This document shows, piece by piece, positions 34,360 to 48,100 of a stretch of DNA of 64,000 nucleotides (positions are counted from its first letter, which is position 1; every line of letters begins with the position of its first letter). The translations under genes were made by a program, and so were the position numbers. The notes under the pieces were generated by a model. The model did not search any database and was not told the DNA's origin. It was given only the letters and a program-made list of their open reading frames with translations. Source of the stretch: Antechinus flavipes. Lineage: Eukaryota. The stretch lies in the NCBI RefSeq assembly GCF_016432865.1, contig NC_067400.1, forward strand, positions 619,380,001-619,444,000, read 5' to 3'.

Positions 34360-34590
34360 ACTCTCTGTCTGTGTCTGTCTCTTTGTCTCTTGTCTGTTTA
34401 CCGCTGTCTCTGTCTGTGTCTCTGTCTTTCTCCATCTTTGTCTCTCTGTGTCTCTGTCTCTTTCTCCATCTCTTTCTTTGTCTCTTGGTCTATCTCTGTC
34501 TCTTTGTCTCTTGTCTCTCTCTCTGTCTCTTGTCTCTGTCTCTTTCTCTCCCTGTCTCTCTTTCCTCTGTCTCTGTGTCTCTCTCTCTCT
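34360..34590 (+). repeat. (CTCTGT)n-like simple repeat
   Basis: Low-complexity CT/GT tract. Confidence 0.85.
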
Positions 34591-36942
34591 CATACAATTC
34601 CCCAGGTTTTCCCAGTTGTAACAGCCCGCCCCCGCCATGTAGCCCAAGCCTCCACCTGCCCCCCAACCAGTGGCTCGTCTGTACTGAAAGACCCTGGATG
34701 GTGCACCTTTTCTGGGTGCCCTTTTTTAGGGGGCTTCCCTCTCAGAACCCCAGCGTTTCAGAGCCAGGCGTCTCGGAGGGCATCGAGTCGCCTGGATTCC
34801 GGCCCAGGAATTCCCTCCCGGCTCTTCAGCCTGTTCTCACTTGCAGACAGTGACTCAACCGAGCACCTACTGTGCGCCAGGCCCGTGCCGCGCTCGGGGC
34901 CGGAGGCCGCCCTGACCACGAGGGTGGCCGGCGCAGGAGCCTTTCCTGGGTCAGCCCGGCTTCGGGCCTCGTTCCTGCTCCTCGCTTCCCGTTTTGTGCT
35001 CGGGGACCCAGTCTGGACCGTGCCCGATGTCATCGGGGCAGCCTAACCCTCAACCTTAAGCCTTGGAGCCGGGATTGGCCGTCTCGTTGCCGAGGGAGAT
35101 GGGGGGGTCTTACTTGGGGTCACACCAGCAGAAATGGGGAGATGGCTTTCACCCTCCCCCCAGCCCCAGCCAGGGCCCCCACAGCGGGAGGCAGGACTGA
35201 GCTGGCGGGAGGGGGGGGGGACAGGCGGCCTTGGAAAGGGCGCATCACCCCGGGGGGCTCTGGGATGGATCAGGACGGGCATTCAGGAGCAATAAAAGGG
35301 GGGGTGGATCATGGGAAGCCACGTTTGTGTGGCGTGGGGCAAAAAACTTGTCTCAGGCTTCAGCAATGCAAGATGTGGGGGCGGGAGGAGGGCTGGACAG
35401 GGGGGTCTCCAAGGCCTGGAACGCGTAAAGATCCAACCCAAGGCCATCGAGTCCAACCATCTCATTTACACATGGGGAAACTGAGGCCCAGAGGGAAAAT
35501 TATCTGGCCAAGGCTAGATATTGGGACAGGCTGGCGATGAGGGCAGAACCCCCAGAGATGCGGGGGCTGGGCCCAGAGGCCAAGCTGATGAGCTGTCCTG
35601 GACATGCTGAGCTTAAAACGCAGACAGGACGTCCGGGGGAGCTGTCCAGCGGGCAGCCAGAGGCTCGGGAGCCCAGAGTTTTCTGTAGAGAGAAGACAAT
35701 CCCTGGGAGCAAATGAGATCTCAGGGAGAGAACCCGGGACTGGGTCATTGCATGGGGAGGGGAAGGTTCCAGTAAGGAGCCTGAAAGGGGGAGGGGCCAG
35801 GGCATTGAGGGGGACCTCAGGGGACCAGGAAGGGGGGAGGGCACTGTGTAAGAGGGAAACAACACAAGGGGAACACTGAAAAAGGCCCCGGGTCTTAGTG
35901 GCTGGGGCCCCGAGGCAGCCTTGGATACGGGAGGGGAAAAGTGAAATCCAGACTTGGTGGAGGCAGAAAGTGAGTGGAGAGGAGGAGGATAGAAGAGGGA
36001 GGGAAGGGGGAGAGAGACAAGGGAGAGTGGCAGGGAGGGAGGGAGAGGAGGAGGAAGGGAGGGAGAAAGAGAAGGAACATGGAGAAACAGGAGGCAGGGA
36101 GGGAAGGAGGGGAAGGGAAGGAGGAGGAGGAAGGAGAGGAAGGAGAGAAGAGAGGGAGGGAGAAGCGTCTAGGGGGCTTGAGTGGCCTCCGAGCAGAGTC
36201 TGGGAAGGTCGGAGGTGTTGCAGTCCCTGAACCGCCTGCGCCCCTCTTCCTGGACCCCCAGGGTCACAGAGACAGGGCCCTCTCCGAGTTCCCAAGTTCA
36301 GCTTCAGCTGTGGAACCCCCCTCCCAGCACCCTGCCTGCGTTTCAGCCCGCCCAGAGGCCCCTTCCACTCCGGGGCGCTCTCCCCGCTCCGGGGCCGAGC
36401 AGATCGGACCCCCCCCTCACATGCTGGTCCCCGGAAGGCCTGAAGCGCGAGTTCCCTTCAGGCTCAGGGTCCCCACCACTTCCAGCTCCGAGGCCGAGGG
36501 GTTTTCTGGGCGGCCTCCGACTTCCTGTCCAGCTCTGACCCTCTCCCCTGGGACGGCCGGCGGGCGCTCTCTGAAGCCCCAGACGGGGCCCTGGCTGCCT
36601 CGCTGGCCTTAACAGCTTAGAACCAGAAACCCAGTGAAAAGCCGGAGACCATTCACTTAGACACGGGGATGACTTAAGCACAACTCGGGAACATGGAGCG
36701 TGTGCAGAGCACTGGGGTCCAAGGGCAAGAAAGAGATGATGGCGGCTTATATTTTACTGGGGGGGGGGGCGGGGATGGGGAGGCGGGGGCAGAATCCAGG
36801 TGTGTCCAGCTGAGGAGACTGAAGGAAGCACAGTGGGTTAGAGGGAGGCTGGCCAGGAAGGAGAAGTTCCCAGGGAGGGCTCTGGTCATAGAGGACCCGG
36901 GCATGATGTGCAGCGGATGGAGACAATTCCTGACTGGGGGGA

Positions 36943-37020
36943 CAGAGACAGAGACAGAGACAGAGACAGAGACAGAGACAGAGACAGAGACAGACAGAGA
37001 GAGAGAGACGGAGACAGACA
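36943..37020 (+). repeat. (GAGACA)n microsatellite
   Basis: Near-perfect hexamer run. Confidence 0.95.
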
Positions 37021-38244
37021 CATAGAAACAAATAGGAAGATAAAATGAAGGAAAGTGAGAAAAAGGAAAAAAATGAAAGGGGAAGGGAGGGAGGAAAGTT
37101 AGGGAAGTAGAAAAAGGAAGGGAGAGAGGAAGAGAAAGAAAAAGGAAGAGAATGAGAAAATAGGAAGGAAGGAGAAGAGCTGGAAAGCTGGGAGCCAGTC
37201 TGGGAAGGAGTGCCGGCTAACGTGTTTGTGTTTTTTCCTGGGGACGGGGGAGCTCCCGGAGGCTTTGAGCAGAGGACGGTGACTGCTCCATCCCGTATTT
37301 TAGGAAGCCTCCCTGGCAGCTGCTGGGAGGCTGGAAAGTGCAGGTGGGAGCCTTCCCCCAGGGGGAAGGACTGGACGGGCTCAGAGTGGAGAGGACAGGA
37401 CAAGAAGGTGAAGAAAGGGAAGGACCAAGGATCAGGCCTCGCGTCCTGCGGATCCCGCACAGAAAGGTTTTACAAGGGAGAATGGGCTGCCACTGTAGCT
37501 GTGCTGACTTGAAGCGTACCTGAGGTACATGCACCTGCTCTGAGGTGAAAGGGACCTTGGAGGTCATCACCCTGCACCTGAGCAGAGACGCTCTCTCCTC
37601 TAGCCCTGAGAAGCCTTTGCTTGGAGTCCTACGGCGATGGGAAGCTCACTACCTTACGGGGCAGCCCATTTCACTTTTGGACACTTCTATCAGGGGGCCT
37701 AATTTTGAGCCTCCGTTTCCTTCCTTGTCCCTTCCATCCGCCATCCCACCGTAGCTTTGGGTTTTGTCCTCTGAGGCTGAACAGAACAAAGCTAACCCTC
37801 CTTCCGGGTGACAGCCCCTTATTCTGAAACTCGGCTAGCGTGCCTCCTGAGTCACAGTTTTATGGACTTGGATATGAAAGGGACCTGAGATCGAATCATA
37901 AGGTCATAGCAATATAGGGCTACAAGTTGGGACAGCAGAAGCCATCTACTCCAGATAGGCAAACCGAGGCCCAAGCAGTAAAGGAACTTCCCATAGCCAG
38001 CGCTTGCCACTTAAACTCAGGTCTTGCCGACTGTGGCCAACTCTGACTCCACATCCCTCTCCATCCATTTGTTTTACAGATGGGGAAACTGAGCGCCCAG
38101 GAGGAAAGTCATTCATCCAAGGTCATTTCTGTAGGAGAAGATTAGTGATTTAGGGAGATTTAGGTGAGCTTGATGGATGGATTTAGTGACCTGGAGAGCA
38201 GGGCAGGAAATTGGGTAGAAGAAGTGATTGCCCTGGGTCTAGAG

Positions 38245-39400
38245 AAGAGCAGCAGACAGATTGATCCCTCTGGGCAATGCAGAAGCTGCTAAATCTTGTG
38301 GTATCCTGATTGTGGCTCCGCTATACGTGAATTGTTTCTTCCTGGAAGCTTGCAATATTTTCTCCTTGGCCTTGAAGTTCTGGAATTTGCTTATAATATT
38401 CCTGGGAGTTTTCATTTTGGGATCTCTTTCAGGAGGTGATTGGCGGATTCTTTCCATTTCTATTTTACCTCGGGTTCTAGAATATCAGAACAGTTTTCCA
38501 CGATAATTTCTTGAAAGGTGATATCCAGGTTCTTTTTCTGATCATGACTTTCAGGTAGACCAATAATTTTTAAGTGATCTCTCCTGGATCTATTGTCCAG
38601 GTCAATTTTTCCAATGAAATATTTCACAATTTTTTTTGGGGGGGGGAGGGATTTCTTTTATTGTATCTTGATTTCTCATAATGTCATTAGTTTCCATTTG
38701 TTCAGTTCTAATTTTTAAGAAATTTCTTCAGAGAACTTTTGTACCTCCTTTCCCAATTGCCCAACTTTTCTTTCTAAGGCATTCTTATTAGTTTTTTTTT
38801 TTTTCAAATTTCCTTTTGCACCACTCTCAATTCTTTTCCTGATTTTTCTTACTTGATTTTCAAAGTCCCCTTTGAACTCTTCCACGGCCGGAGCCCAATT
38901 CTGATTTTTCTTGGAAGCTTTGGATGTAGGAGCTTTGACTTTGTCGTCCTCTCCTTGGCCCCATAGTAACTTTCTATGATCAGAAACTTTTTTTGCTGTT
39001 TGCTCATTTTCCTAGCCTATTACTCGGCTTTTAACTTTCTGGCAAAGTAGGGCTCTATCTTCAGGGTGGAGGGTGTACTGTCCCACGCTGTTTTCAGAGA
39101 TCCTTCTCGGGACCCCGTCTACAAGCCCTCTTCTCTGCCCCTACCCTCTGTCTCTGTAAGAGCCAGTATGCTGAAGCCACAGCCCTGCTTTGCTGGGGTC
39201 GGGGCTGGGCCGGTTGGTGCAATCTGTGCCAGAACTGCGTACTGGACCATTGTCACAGACCTTTTCTGCTCACCTAAGTTGTCCTTGGCTGGAAAATGTT
39301 CTACTCTGTCTTTCTGGCTCTATTTTGTTTAGAATCTTTATTTAAGGGAATTAGGGGAGGTTGGGGGAGAGCTTGGGCGAGCTCCTGCCTTTACCATCTT
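38245..39400 (-). mobile_element. LINE-1 fragment covering ORF1 and upstream sequence
   Basis: ORF 38457-38239 ERIRQSPPERDPKMKTPRNIISKFQNFKAKEKILQASRKKQFTYSGATIRIPQDLAAS matches L1 ORF1p RRM/CTD; AT-rich and decayed. Confidence 0.85.
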
Positions 39401-40201
39401 GGTCCCACCTCTCGACACTCCAACTTTAGGGAAAGCCCAAGTCCTCCAGGAGAAGCAAGTTTGAGCTTTGTCATCGTCTTCTGTGAGATTGAGGAGTCGC
39501 TCCATGAAGATGGAGATTATGGATCAGGCAGGCTGCAAAGGAGCTGTGGACACCGATGGCGACCTCAGCCTGACGTAGAGAAAGGGGGTCCGGGGCGACC
39601 GGGTCCCTTGGGTGTTGGAACTCGTCACTGCCTGTGTCCCCAGGCTCAGGCTAGGACCAGGGCCCACACACGCAGCCCGAACTCTCTGTTACACATGGAA
39701 AGTTCCCCAAGCCTGGGAGGTGTGGTGGCTGGGAGCCAATCCCGGACCGCTGACAGCACTCAAAAACAATTTGGTCTATGGCCCTCCCGGAGAAAAGGCC
39801 TGTGGTCAGAGGGGGCTGTGAGTCTGCACGGACAGCTCCCGAGGGGCCTCTGTGATGAGCCCGGCCCGGAAGGAAACAGGAGGAGGAAACTGAGCTGGAT
39901 CGTCTGGGAAACTGAGTCACGCCAGAGACAAGGGCTCATCGCTTGTTAAACTATTGTCCTTGGGGGTGTTGAGCGGGTGTGTCACGGGGCTCCAGCTGAC
40001 GATCAGTGGAAGGGAAAGGTCTGACTTACACCACCGCACAGGACCCAACGGGGGTTATGCAAAGGAAGTGGCGGAGGTTTCCTCAGAGAAGGAGACATGT
40101 TTGTGGGGAAGGCTGGGCCGATTATGGGGCAACAACCGGCCACAGGACCACAGACCTGGCTCTGGTGGGCGGCACTGCAGAGCGCTCTGTTCCTGTTGTT
40201 G

Positions 40202-40325
40202 TGCCAGGGGAAGGGAAGCAGCATTTATTAGGCACCCACTCTGTCATGCCAGGGGAAGGGAAGCAGCATTTATTAGGCACCCACTCTGTCATGCCAGGGG
40301 AAGGGAAGCAGCATTTATTAGGCGC
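40202..40325 (+). repeat. 45-nt tandem repeat x3 derived from an L2-like 3' tail
   Basis: tgccaggggaagggaagcagcatttattaggcacccactctgtca at 40202, 40247 and 40292. Confidence 0.85.
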
Positions 40326-42574
40326 CACTATGTGCCTGACACTGTACTCTCTATAAACATCAAATTCTAGCTGCACAGGGGGAGGAGGGTTTGTACCCAG
40401 ATCTCCCTGCCTCCAGGCTGGCCCTCCCTGCATGTCACCTCTGATGCTCCGGGGCAGCTTCACCCAAGCTACTGGATTCATTTCCCTGTAAGCTCATCTC
40501 TCTGCTGGTCCTCTCTCCTCTGATGCAGACAGCAACCTGACAAAGCAGGGATCCTTCCAAGGCTGAGACTTTAAGTTTTCTTTTTTTTTTCCTGTCTTTC
40601 CTTTTTATTTTCTTTTTCTCTTCCTTCCTTCCTTTTTTTCTTCTCTTTCTTTCCCTCTTCCTTCTCTCCTTTCCTCCCTCCTTCCTTTTTTCTCCCCCCA
40701 CCCCAGCCCAGGATCACACATCCCGTTTGACCTCGGAGCCTCCGGACTCCAGGGCCAGTGTGTCACCAGCTGCCCGGAAGCCTGAGCCTTTTGGGAGGGC
40801 TCCTCTGTGTGTGGTTATCCCCTGGGGGTGGCCAGCCTGTCCGCGGTGGGGGCTCGGTTCCCAGCAAAGGGGCCCCGAGCAGGCCGGGTCACCGGAGGCG
40901 GCCTCGGTCTCCTGGGCGTATAATGGGCAGAACCGGACCGTTTACTCCCATGATCACCGAAGGCACCGGGGACGGTTCCCAGGAGGGGTTTTAGAGGGAA
41001 GGTGTATAACCTTAGCATGACTCCACTGAGCTGCTGACCGGCTGGGAGTGGAGGCCAGGGTGGGAGGGGAGAAACTGGAAGCTTTCAAAAAGCAACGTTA
41101 AAAGCGCTTTGCACATAACTGGGAACAAATGAAGTAGTTTTTAGAAAGAGGAGATGTGTCCGTTGAGAGACAAGTGGCCCCAGAGTCAGGAGGACCCGAG
41201 TTCAGATCCAGCTGGGACACTCAGTGTGCCTGTGGACCAGTCACTTCACCCTGTTTGCCTCCGTTTACTCATCCGTAAAAGGAGCGGGAGAAAGAAAAGG
41301 AGAATCCCTGGGGTCTTTGCTGAGAAACTCCGAACGGGCCCGAAGAGCGGGGCGGGACTGAAGCGCCTCTGCCCGTGTTCACTGCTGATGCAAGGGCCTG
41401 ACTGACTCATGTGGGAATGACACTGCATTTACCTGCCGGGGAGACCCCGTATTTACCTGGAGTCTCTTGCTTCCAGTCCGGAGCGGAGATATCATAGGCG
41501 ATGAATCTCCCTTTTCCAGAGTCAGACAACAAGCATTAATTAGGCACCTACTGCATGCCAGGCATCGTGCCAAGCACGGGGTTACAAAGAAAGGCAAAGT
41601 CAGTCGCTGTCTAAGAGCTCGCCGCCTGATGTGGGGGAGGGGGAGTCACGTGCGAACTATCATGCGCCAACAGCTGGCCCCTGCAATCGTTCAGGTGAGC
41701 GGAGATAGCTCCCCCTGCTGGAGGGCCTGTGAGTAATATTCTAAATGTCCGCCCCGGCCCCCTCCCCCGTGTGAGAGGGAAGACACTGAGGGACTGCGGG
41801 AAGGCTTGCCCAGGATCACTGGTGAACACCCGAGACTAGATTTAAACTCCTGACTCCAGGGCCAGTGCTCTGTCCCCTGCCCCCCCCCCCCCCCGTTATC
41901 CTGGGGGGGGGGGGGAGCTGAAAGGAGCCCGCTAAGCGGGAGCCAGAACCAAGGAAGGCACTCCGGGCTCAGACGGGCGGGGAGGGATCTCTGGAGTCGG
42001 GATACGAAGCGTCACGTCCAGAAAGCCAGCGGGGAAGACGACGGGGGACACATGGGGGTGGGGGTGGGGCGCTTCTGGAGGGTTCTGAAGGCGGGGGGAT
42101 GTTATACTTGATCCTGGAGGGGACAGAACGAGCCCCCGGAGGTTCCTGAGTGGGGGACGACGCGGTCAGACCTGCCCTCCCGAAGAGCTCTGACCGCTGA
42201 GTGGCGTGGGGAGAGCCCAAACGGGCGGCGCCCAGGGGGCGGAGAAGGGCCCGCAGAGGCACAGCGGGAGCGGACGGGGAGGGATGGAGGGCGCGACCCC
42301 GGGGGCGACTCGGGTCAGATCTGGGAAGAGACGATGAGCGGAGTGGGGTGTCCAGAGGGAATTCGGGGGGAGCTACCTGGAGGAAATGTGGGCCGGGAGG
42401 TCCGCCCAGAGGTTCGCTAAGTGGGTCTGAGTCATCTGGGCAGAGAATTGAAACCCTGGAGGTGAATGATGTCACCGGGAGAGAAGGGAGATGAGGGGTT
42501 AGCGGTAGGGATGACTAGGTGGGGATGATCAAGGAGGTAGAGGGGCGGCCAGAAAAGGCGTCGGGGATCGCCAG

Positions 42575-42960
42575 GAGAGGGCGGGACCCACGGAGGAGAG
42601 GGCGGGGCCGACAAAGGAGAGGGCGGGACTGACAGAAGAGAGGGCGGGACTGACCGAAGAGAGGGCGAGACTTACGGAAGAGAGCGCGGGACCCACGGAA
42701 GAGAGGGCGGGGCCGACAAAGGAGAGAGCGGTACCCACGGGGGGAGAGGGCGGGACCGAAGGAGGAGAGGGCGGGGCCGACAAAGGAGAGGGCGGGACCG
42801 ACGGAGGAGAGGGCGGGACTGACAGAAGAGAGCGCGGGACTCACGGAGGAGAGGGCGGGACCCATGGAAGAAAGGGCGGGACCGACAAAGGAGAGGGCGG
42901 CACCCATGGAGGAGAGGGCGGGACCGACGGAAGAGAGGGTGAGACCGACGGAGGAGAGGG
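42575..42960 (+). repeat. 21-nt minisatellite (GAGAGGGCGGGACCGACRRAG), about 18 copies, most with a GC box
   Basis: Period 21; GGGCGG in most units. Confidence 0.9.
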
Positions 42961-44759
42961 TGCTCCATGGGGAGAAAGCCGTGCAGTCGGGGTGCAGACC
43001 GAAGCGGGCCATTTTCACTTTTTCCCCTCGTGATGTTCCCCTTTTATTCTGATTCTTCAACCTACACCAGACTGTTTGCTATTTGGGGGAGGGGAGAATG
43101 GGGCCGGGGGAACAAATTTAAAAATCTCCTAAGAAACGTATGTTTCTAGTTCCAACCTGCGATTTCCTGTTCCCGGTACTTAAAAAAGTAAAATACGATT
43201 TACCAAAAAATATATTTTTTTTCTGAAAGAAGAGAATATTCAACAGCGTTAGAGGCTGCAGAGGGAAGGGAGGATGAGGGATGAGAAAAGGGCCTGGCAA
43301 CGAGGAGAGCAATGGCGCTTTGGAGAGGAGTTCAGAAGTCAGATTTCTCGGAGTTAAGAGGGTGAGATGAGAGGAAAGGGCTTTTCCGAGTGAGAAGAGC
43401 GGATAAGGGTTATTGGGGATACAGATTCTTGAGGAGGGGGAGATGTGGACATGTTTACAGGCAGTAAGGTGCTAATAAAAAGGGAGCCGGAGAAGAGAAA
43501 ATGAGGCGGAGGAGGGGGCAGTGGAGTGAGCTCCCCCGCAGGACTATCAGCCTCGGCCAGGGGCCCGGCTCTCCCGGGAAGCAGGGACAGGTGTTCCAAC
43601 GGTGGGAGATGGGGAACAGCAAAGAGAGGAAGCGCTTGGTGAAGGCCTTTCATTTCCTCAGCAGAATATCAAGGCAGCTCCTCAGCTGGGGGGGTGAGGG
43701 AGGAGGGGAGCTGGAGGAGGGATGAAAAGCTCCAGAGCCACAGTGGGGATGAGGACAAGGCAGGGCTGGCTCCTTCCTTTCCCACGTGGGCTCTCTGGGG
43801 CAGAGGGTCTGGCGAAGGGCCTTGCCCAGGGCGGGGGCTGGAAGGTTTTAGACAAGAGCCAAGGGGAGTGAGGAACGCGGCACGTCTGAGCGGTTTACAA
43901 GGGGGATAGCCTGGGAAAGAACTAAAGGACGAGGGGTGGGGGCATGCGGACAAAGGGATGTCGGTCTGTGACCTTGGGGGGGGGCACGTGTGGGTGATGG
44001 CGAGACGAAGGGCGCGCCCTGGATGTCTCAGGGAATAAGGGAGGGTTTGGGGGGTTAGGGCGAGGGTGTGTCCTTGTGAGTCGGGGGAGGAGACTTGGGG
44101 AGGAGAAAGACTGAGCCAGGCAGGAAGAGTGGCTTGAACCCAAAGCCAAGGCCGGAACCCAAAATGCCATCACCCAGCCCAGGGACCCTTGGGGGAGCAC
44201 AGCTACGAAGCCAGCCTGGCACCTTCTCTCAGGAGATGCTGGGACCACTGGCCTCCCGACCCCCTCCGCCCTCAGGCAGGACCAGGGAGTCCCTGGGAGA
44301 GGAGCTCGGCGGTCACACAGGAGACCAGCGCCACCAGTCCGCGTGACGTGAGCGCCTGCCTCTGCCCCTGTATAGGGGTGGCCCAGAGCGTGCCCTAGGT
44401 GCCAGCCCTCCCGCAGCTCTCCAGCCTTTCCCTGAACACTGACCCCCGAATGACTCACCTGCCTGCAGGAGGCGATGTCTACACCACCAGCTGCTGCCAC
44501 AGCCGCGTCTACACTGGCCTGTCTGTACCACCAGGGCCGGGCCAATCCCATAAACACTTAGGAGGTGCCTACGGTGCGCCGAGCCCCCGGCTGCCCCCGC
44601 CCCCTCAGCCCCCCGGGGGCCAAGGGGTCTCTTCCCTGGCAGTGAGCGGGAGGGATGGGCCCCTCCACGGGCAGCGGTCCCGGGCCACGTGCCAAGGCTG
44701 GGCGAGGGGAGGAGGGCGGCGTCTCGGAACGAGAACCGACGCAGTGCTTTGTTACCATC

Positions 44760-44765
44760 TTTATT
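44760..44765 (-). terminator. Candidate SMG9 polyadenylation signal
   Basis: TTTATT (AATAAA on minus) about 420 nt past the SMG9 stop. Confidence 0.6.
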
Positions 44766-45185
44766 AACCAACAAATCGGACCCAGAAGAGGCGCCCTCGA
44801 GGACAGGGGCATCCCCGGCCCCGGCTCTCAGAGGGACCACCCGGGGAGGACGGGAGCTCCGAGCTCCCCACTTGTCTGGCTGTGTGGCCCGAGAACGGGG
44901 GGCTGGGAGAGGGGCCCCGCTTCTCGCTGGGTCTTGAAATCGATCACCTTCCTCCCTCAATCTGTGGGGATGGATGAGCCCCAGGCTCTGACCCCCGAGA
45001 ACCTTCCGCTGGCCCTGGGACGTCCGAGCAGCTGAATCCCCCCGCTGGCTCTCCCGCCGCTGCTGTCTGCGCCCCCGAGGGGCCTGGTGTGTGCGTACTC
45101 ACACACGGCAGCTGGAGGTGGGGAAAGGGACCCCCGGTCCTCCGGGAACTTAGCAAGCCCTGCGCGCCGCCCTCCTCGCACACCC

Positions 45186-48100
45186 TCACGCCAGCAGGCG
45201 GCTGTACTCAGCCAGCGCGGAGGACTTCTTGACCCCGTCCCAGATCCGGGCGGCGTAGTGGAACCTAGGCCAAGGGGAGGGCGGGCGTCAGAGAGCGGGC
45301 CGGGGAGCGCCGTCGGAGAACTCTGGGACCTCCCTGAGACCTCTCCGGGATCTCCCCGGGACCTCCGGGCCCTCACTGGGACCTCCGGGCCATCCCCGAG
45401 ACTTCCAGAACCTCACTGAGGCCCCAGTATCTCAGACCGCTCAGGACCACCGGAGCTGCCTCTTCTTTGAAATGGGCCGAGACACCCCCCCCCCCCCCCA
45501 GCTCACATGTCCTGGGTTCCTGAGCTTTGCCAAGGGTGGAAGGTGAGCCCCTTGCCCACCGGCCCCCCCTTTCCTGCGCCCCGCCCCCTCCCCCGGCCGT
45601 ACCAGTTCTTCTCCGTGAGGATGGTGTGCGAGAGCTGCGGCCGGGCCATGGACATCACCTGGCTCCGGAGTTTGGTCACTAAGGACTGGAAGCTGGGGTG
45701 GCCCCGGTAGCCCGGGAGAAGGGAAAAGAGCGGGCTGGAGCCTGGGCCTGGGGATCGAGGGACAGGGTGAGAACCTCGGCCCGGTGCCTTTGCCCTCCCC
45801 CGGGTGCCCGCCCCCACCCGGGCCCCCCGGCTGGTACCTGCCCGGGGCAGGCTCTCGCTGTCCCCCTCGGTGTCCATGAAGGGCACCAGGAAGAGGTTCA
45901 CCTCCGAGTCCAGGAAGTCGGGGGGCAGGCCCGGGAAGACGTTGCACTGCAGCATGGACAGGGTGCCTGGTGAAGGGGAGAGGGCCGAGGTGAGAGTGAG
46001 GCGGGGAGGCGGCCTCGGGGCGGGCCCGGGGGCGGCCCCTTACCCTTGTAGCGCAGGTGGGAGTGGGCCATCAGCTGGTCGATCACCAGGTGCATCTGCC
46101 GCAGCTTCTGGGGGCAGAAGTCCTCCCGCCGGGCCTTGTTCTGCAGGAAGACTGAGGGGGGGTGGCGGGTGAGCCCCGGGCTGGGCAGGAGCAGCCCCCC
46201 CACCCCCCGGGAGCGGCGCCTCACCCAGGTGGGGGTAGTACTCCGTGCCTTCGTCCGAGCCGGAGGAGCTGCTGGCCTCGTGGCTGGGGGAGGGGGTGGA
46301 GGGCTTCACCATCTCGGCCGTCTGCAGGAACCTGGGCGGGAGGCACGGGGAGGCTCGCTGCCTTGCCTGTGGCCCCCCCCAAGCAAGACCCACCTGCAGG
46401 AAGCCCCCCCAGTGTCTGTGGACCCCCTTGCTCCGCCCACTCCAACACCGTCTCCCCAAACCCCATTTTTCAGAGGAGCCCCTGGAGGCTCTGGGTCTTC
46501 TTGACCGTGACCTCCGGCCTCCATGGCCCATGTTTGCCCCCAGGAGCACAGACAGAAGCACCCGAGTCAGGATTCGAATCTGTGCCCCGAGCCCAGGCCC
46601 CGGGGTCCCCCCGCCCGCTCACCGGTACAGACTGAGGTCAGTGAACCAGTCCTGCACCACGATGACCACGTGGCAGACGGTGAAGAGGAAGGCCGCGATC
46701 TGCAGGGACTGGACAGGAGAGACGTCACTCAGGGGGCCACGGCCCCCCCTTCTCCCCCCTCCCCCCTGCTTGCCCCCCGAGCCCTCACCTGCATCTCCAC
46801 GTAGGTGTGGGGGAGGTTGTACTCGGGGGGCAGTTTGCGGTCATTGTTGATGAGGTGGTCCAGGATGGACGGGCTCAGGATGGGCTGAGGGAGGAGGGAA
46901 GGGGCGTCAGGGCCGAGACTGGGGGAGCACCGCCGGCAGGTGAGGACTTGGCGGCCCCAGCCAAGCTCGGCATACAGTGGGCGCTTAATGATGCCTCGGG
47001 CCCGTGACCGCCCCCTGCTGGCCTGCAGAGCCCGGCCCACCTGGGTGTCCAGGAAGACGATGCGCTCCTGGGTGATGAAGAAGTCGATGCCGCTGGTCTG
47101 GTTCCCCCCGCGCTCCTTCATCTCGGCGCTCTGGGCCCGGAACACGTAGGCTCTGGGGGGGCAGCGCGGGTTCCTCCCGTCAGACTCCGCGCCCCCTCCC
47201 GAGGGCCGGGGGCTGTTCAGGGGCCCTCGGGGGGCCCGGCCCGGGGGAGCAGCCTCGGAGGCCGGCCCCTCGTCTGAAATGGGGGTGACAGCGTGTGCTG
47301 CGGGGGATCGGGGGGCGCTGGGTCAGCCTCCGGGTGCCGTGGGGATGAGCCGGCTGGGCTCCCTCTGGTGGGGGAAAAGCTGGGGGTGCTAGTGGACCCC
47401 CAGCTCCCGATGAGCACAGGCCTCCCTGGGCTCCTCTCACGCTACCTCGGGCAGACGTCACGGGCGGGGGTGAGGGGTCTCGGCTCTTCCTGACCCTGAG
47501 ACACGGCCTGCCGTGGAGCCAGTGCAGGGGGTCTCGGGAGGTGACCGTCCCCCCTCCCCCCTCCCCCCCAGGGACTAACCACAGAGGGGGGTCAGGGCCC
47601 CGCCCTTCCACTGACTCAAGCAGCGGTTATTAAATGCCTACTGTGTGCCCAGCCCTGTGACTGGCCCGAGACACCTCCAGCTTAGCTCACCCTGGCCTGA
47701 CTAAGTGTGCGCTGGGCCACAGGGGGCGGGGCACGGGAAAAGCCCCCCCAGGACCACAGGGCCCGGGCCGGGCCGGGATCAGGGCTGCTTCTGGGAGGAG
47801 GCTTGGCCTTCGCCCCCGGGGTAACACGCCGGCGTTTCACTTCCGGGAGCTGGCCCCCCAGGGGACAGCTCTCCCCATTTCACAGCTGAGGACGCTGAGG
47901 CTCCGGCTGGGTGAGAGCCGTGACCCCCGATTGCCCGCGTGGGGAGGCGGGATCTCTGTGACGGGGACCTCGTGGGCAGCAGTGGGGGGCAGAGGAGGAG
48001 CCGGGCCCGGGCCCCGCCTACCTCTGGTCCTCCTCGGGGGTGTTGGCCGACAGCAGGGACATGACCATTGACTTGCCCGTTCCTTGCAGACCCAGGACCC

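Noticed and set aside
42515-43060. (ALSSVGP)n repeat protein
   Set aside because: Frameshifted mid-array and fully explained by the 21-nt VNTR; kept only as a regulatory observation.
44399-44767. Exon-like segment (plus-strand acceptor at about 44468, minus-strand donor at 44458, peptide DVYTTSCCHSRVYT)
   Set aside because: No recognisable family and no partner exons; lies just past the SMG9 poly(A) signal.
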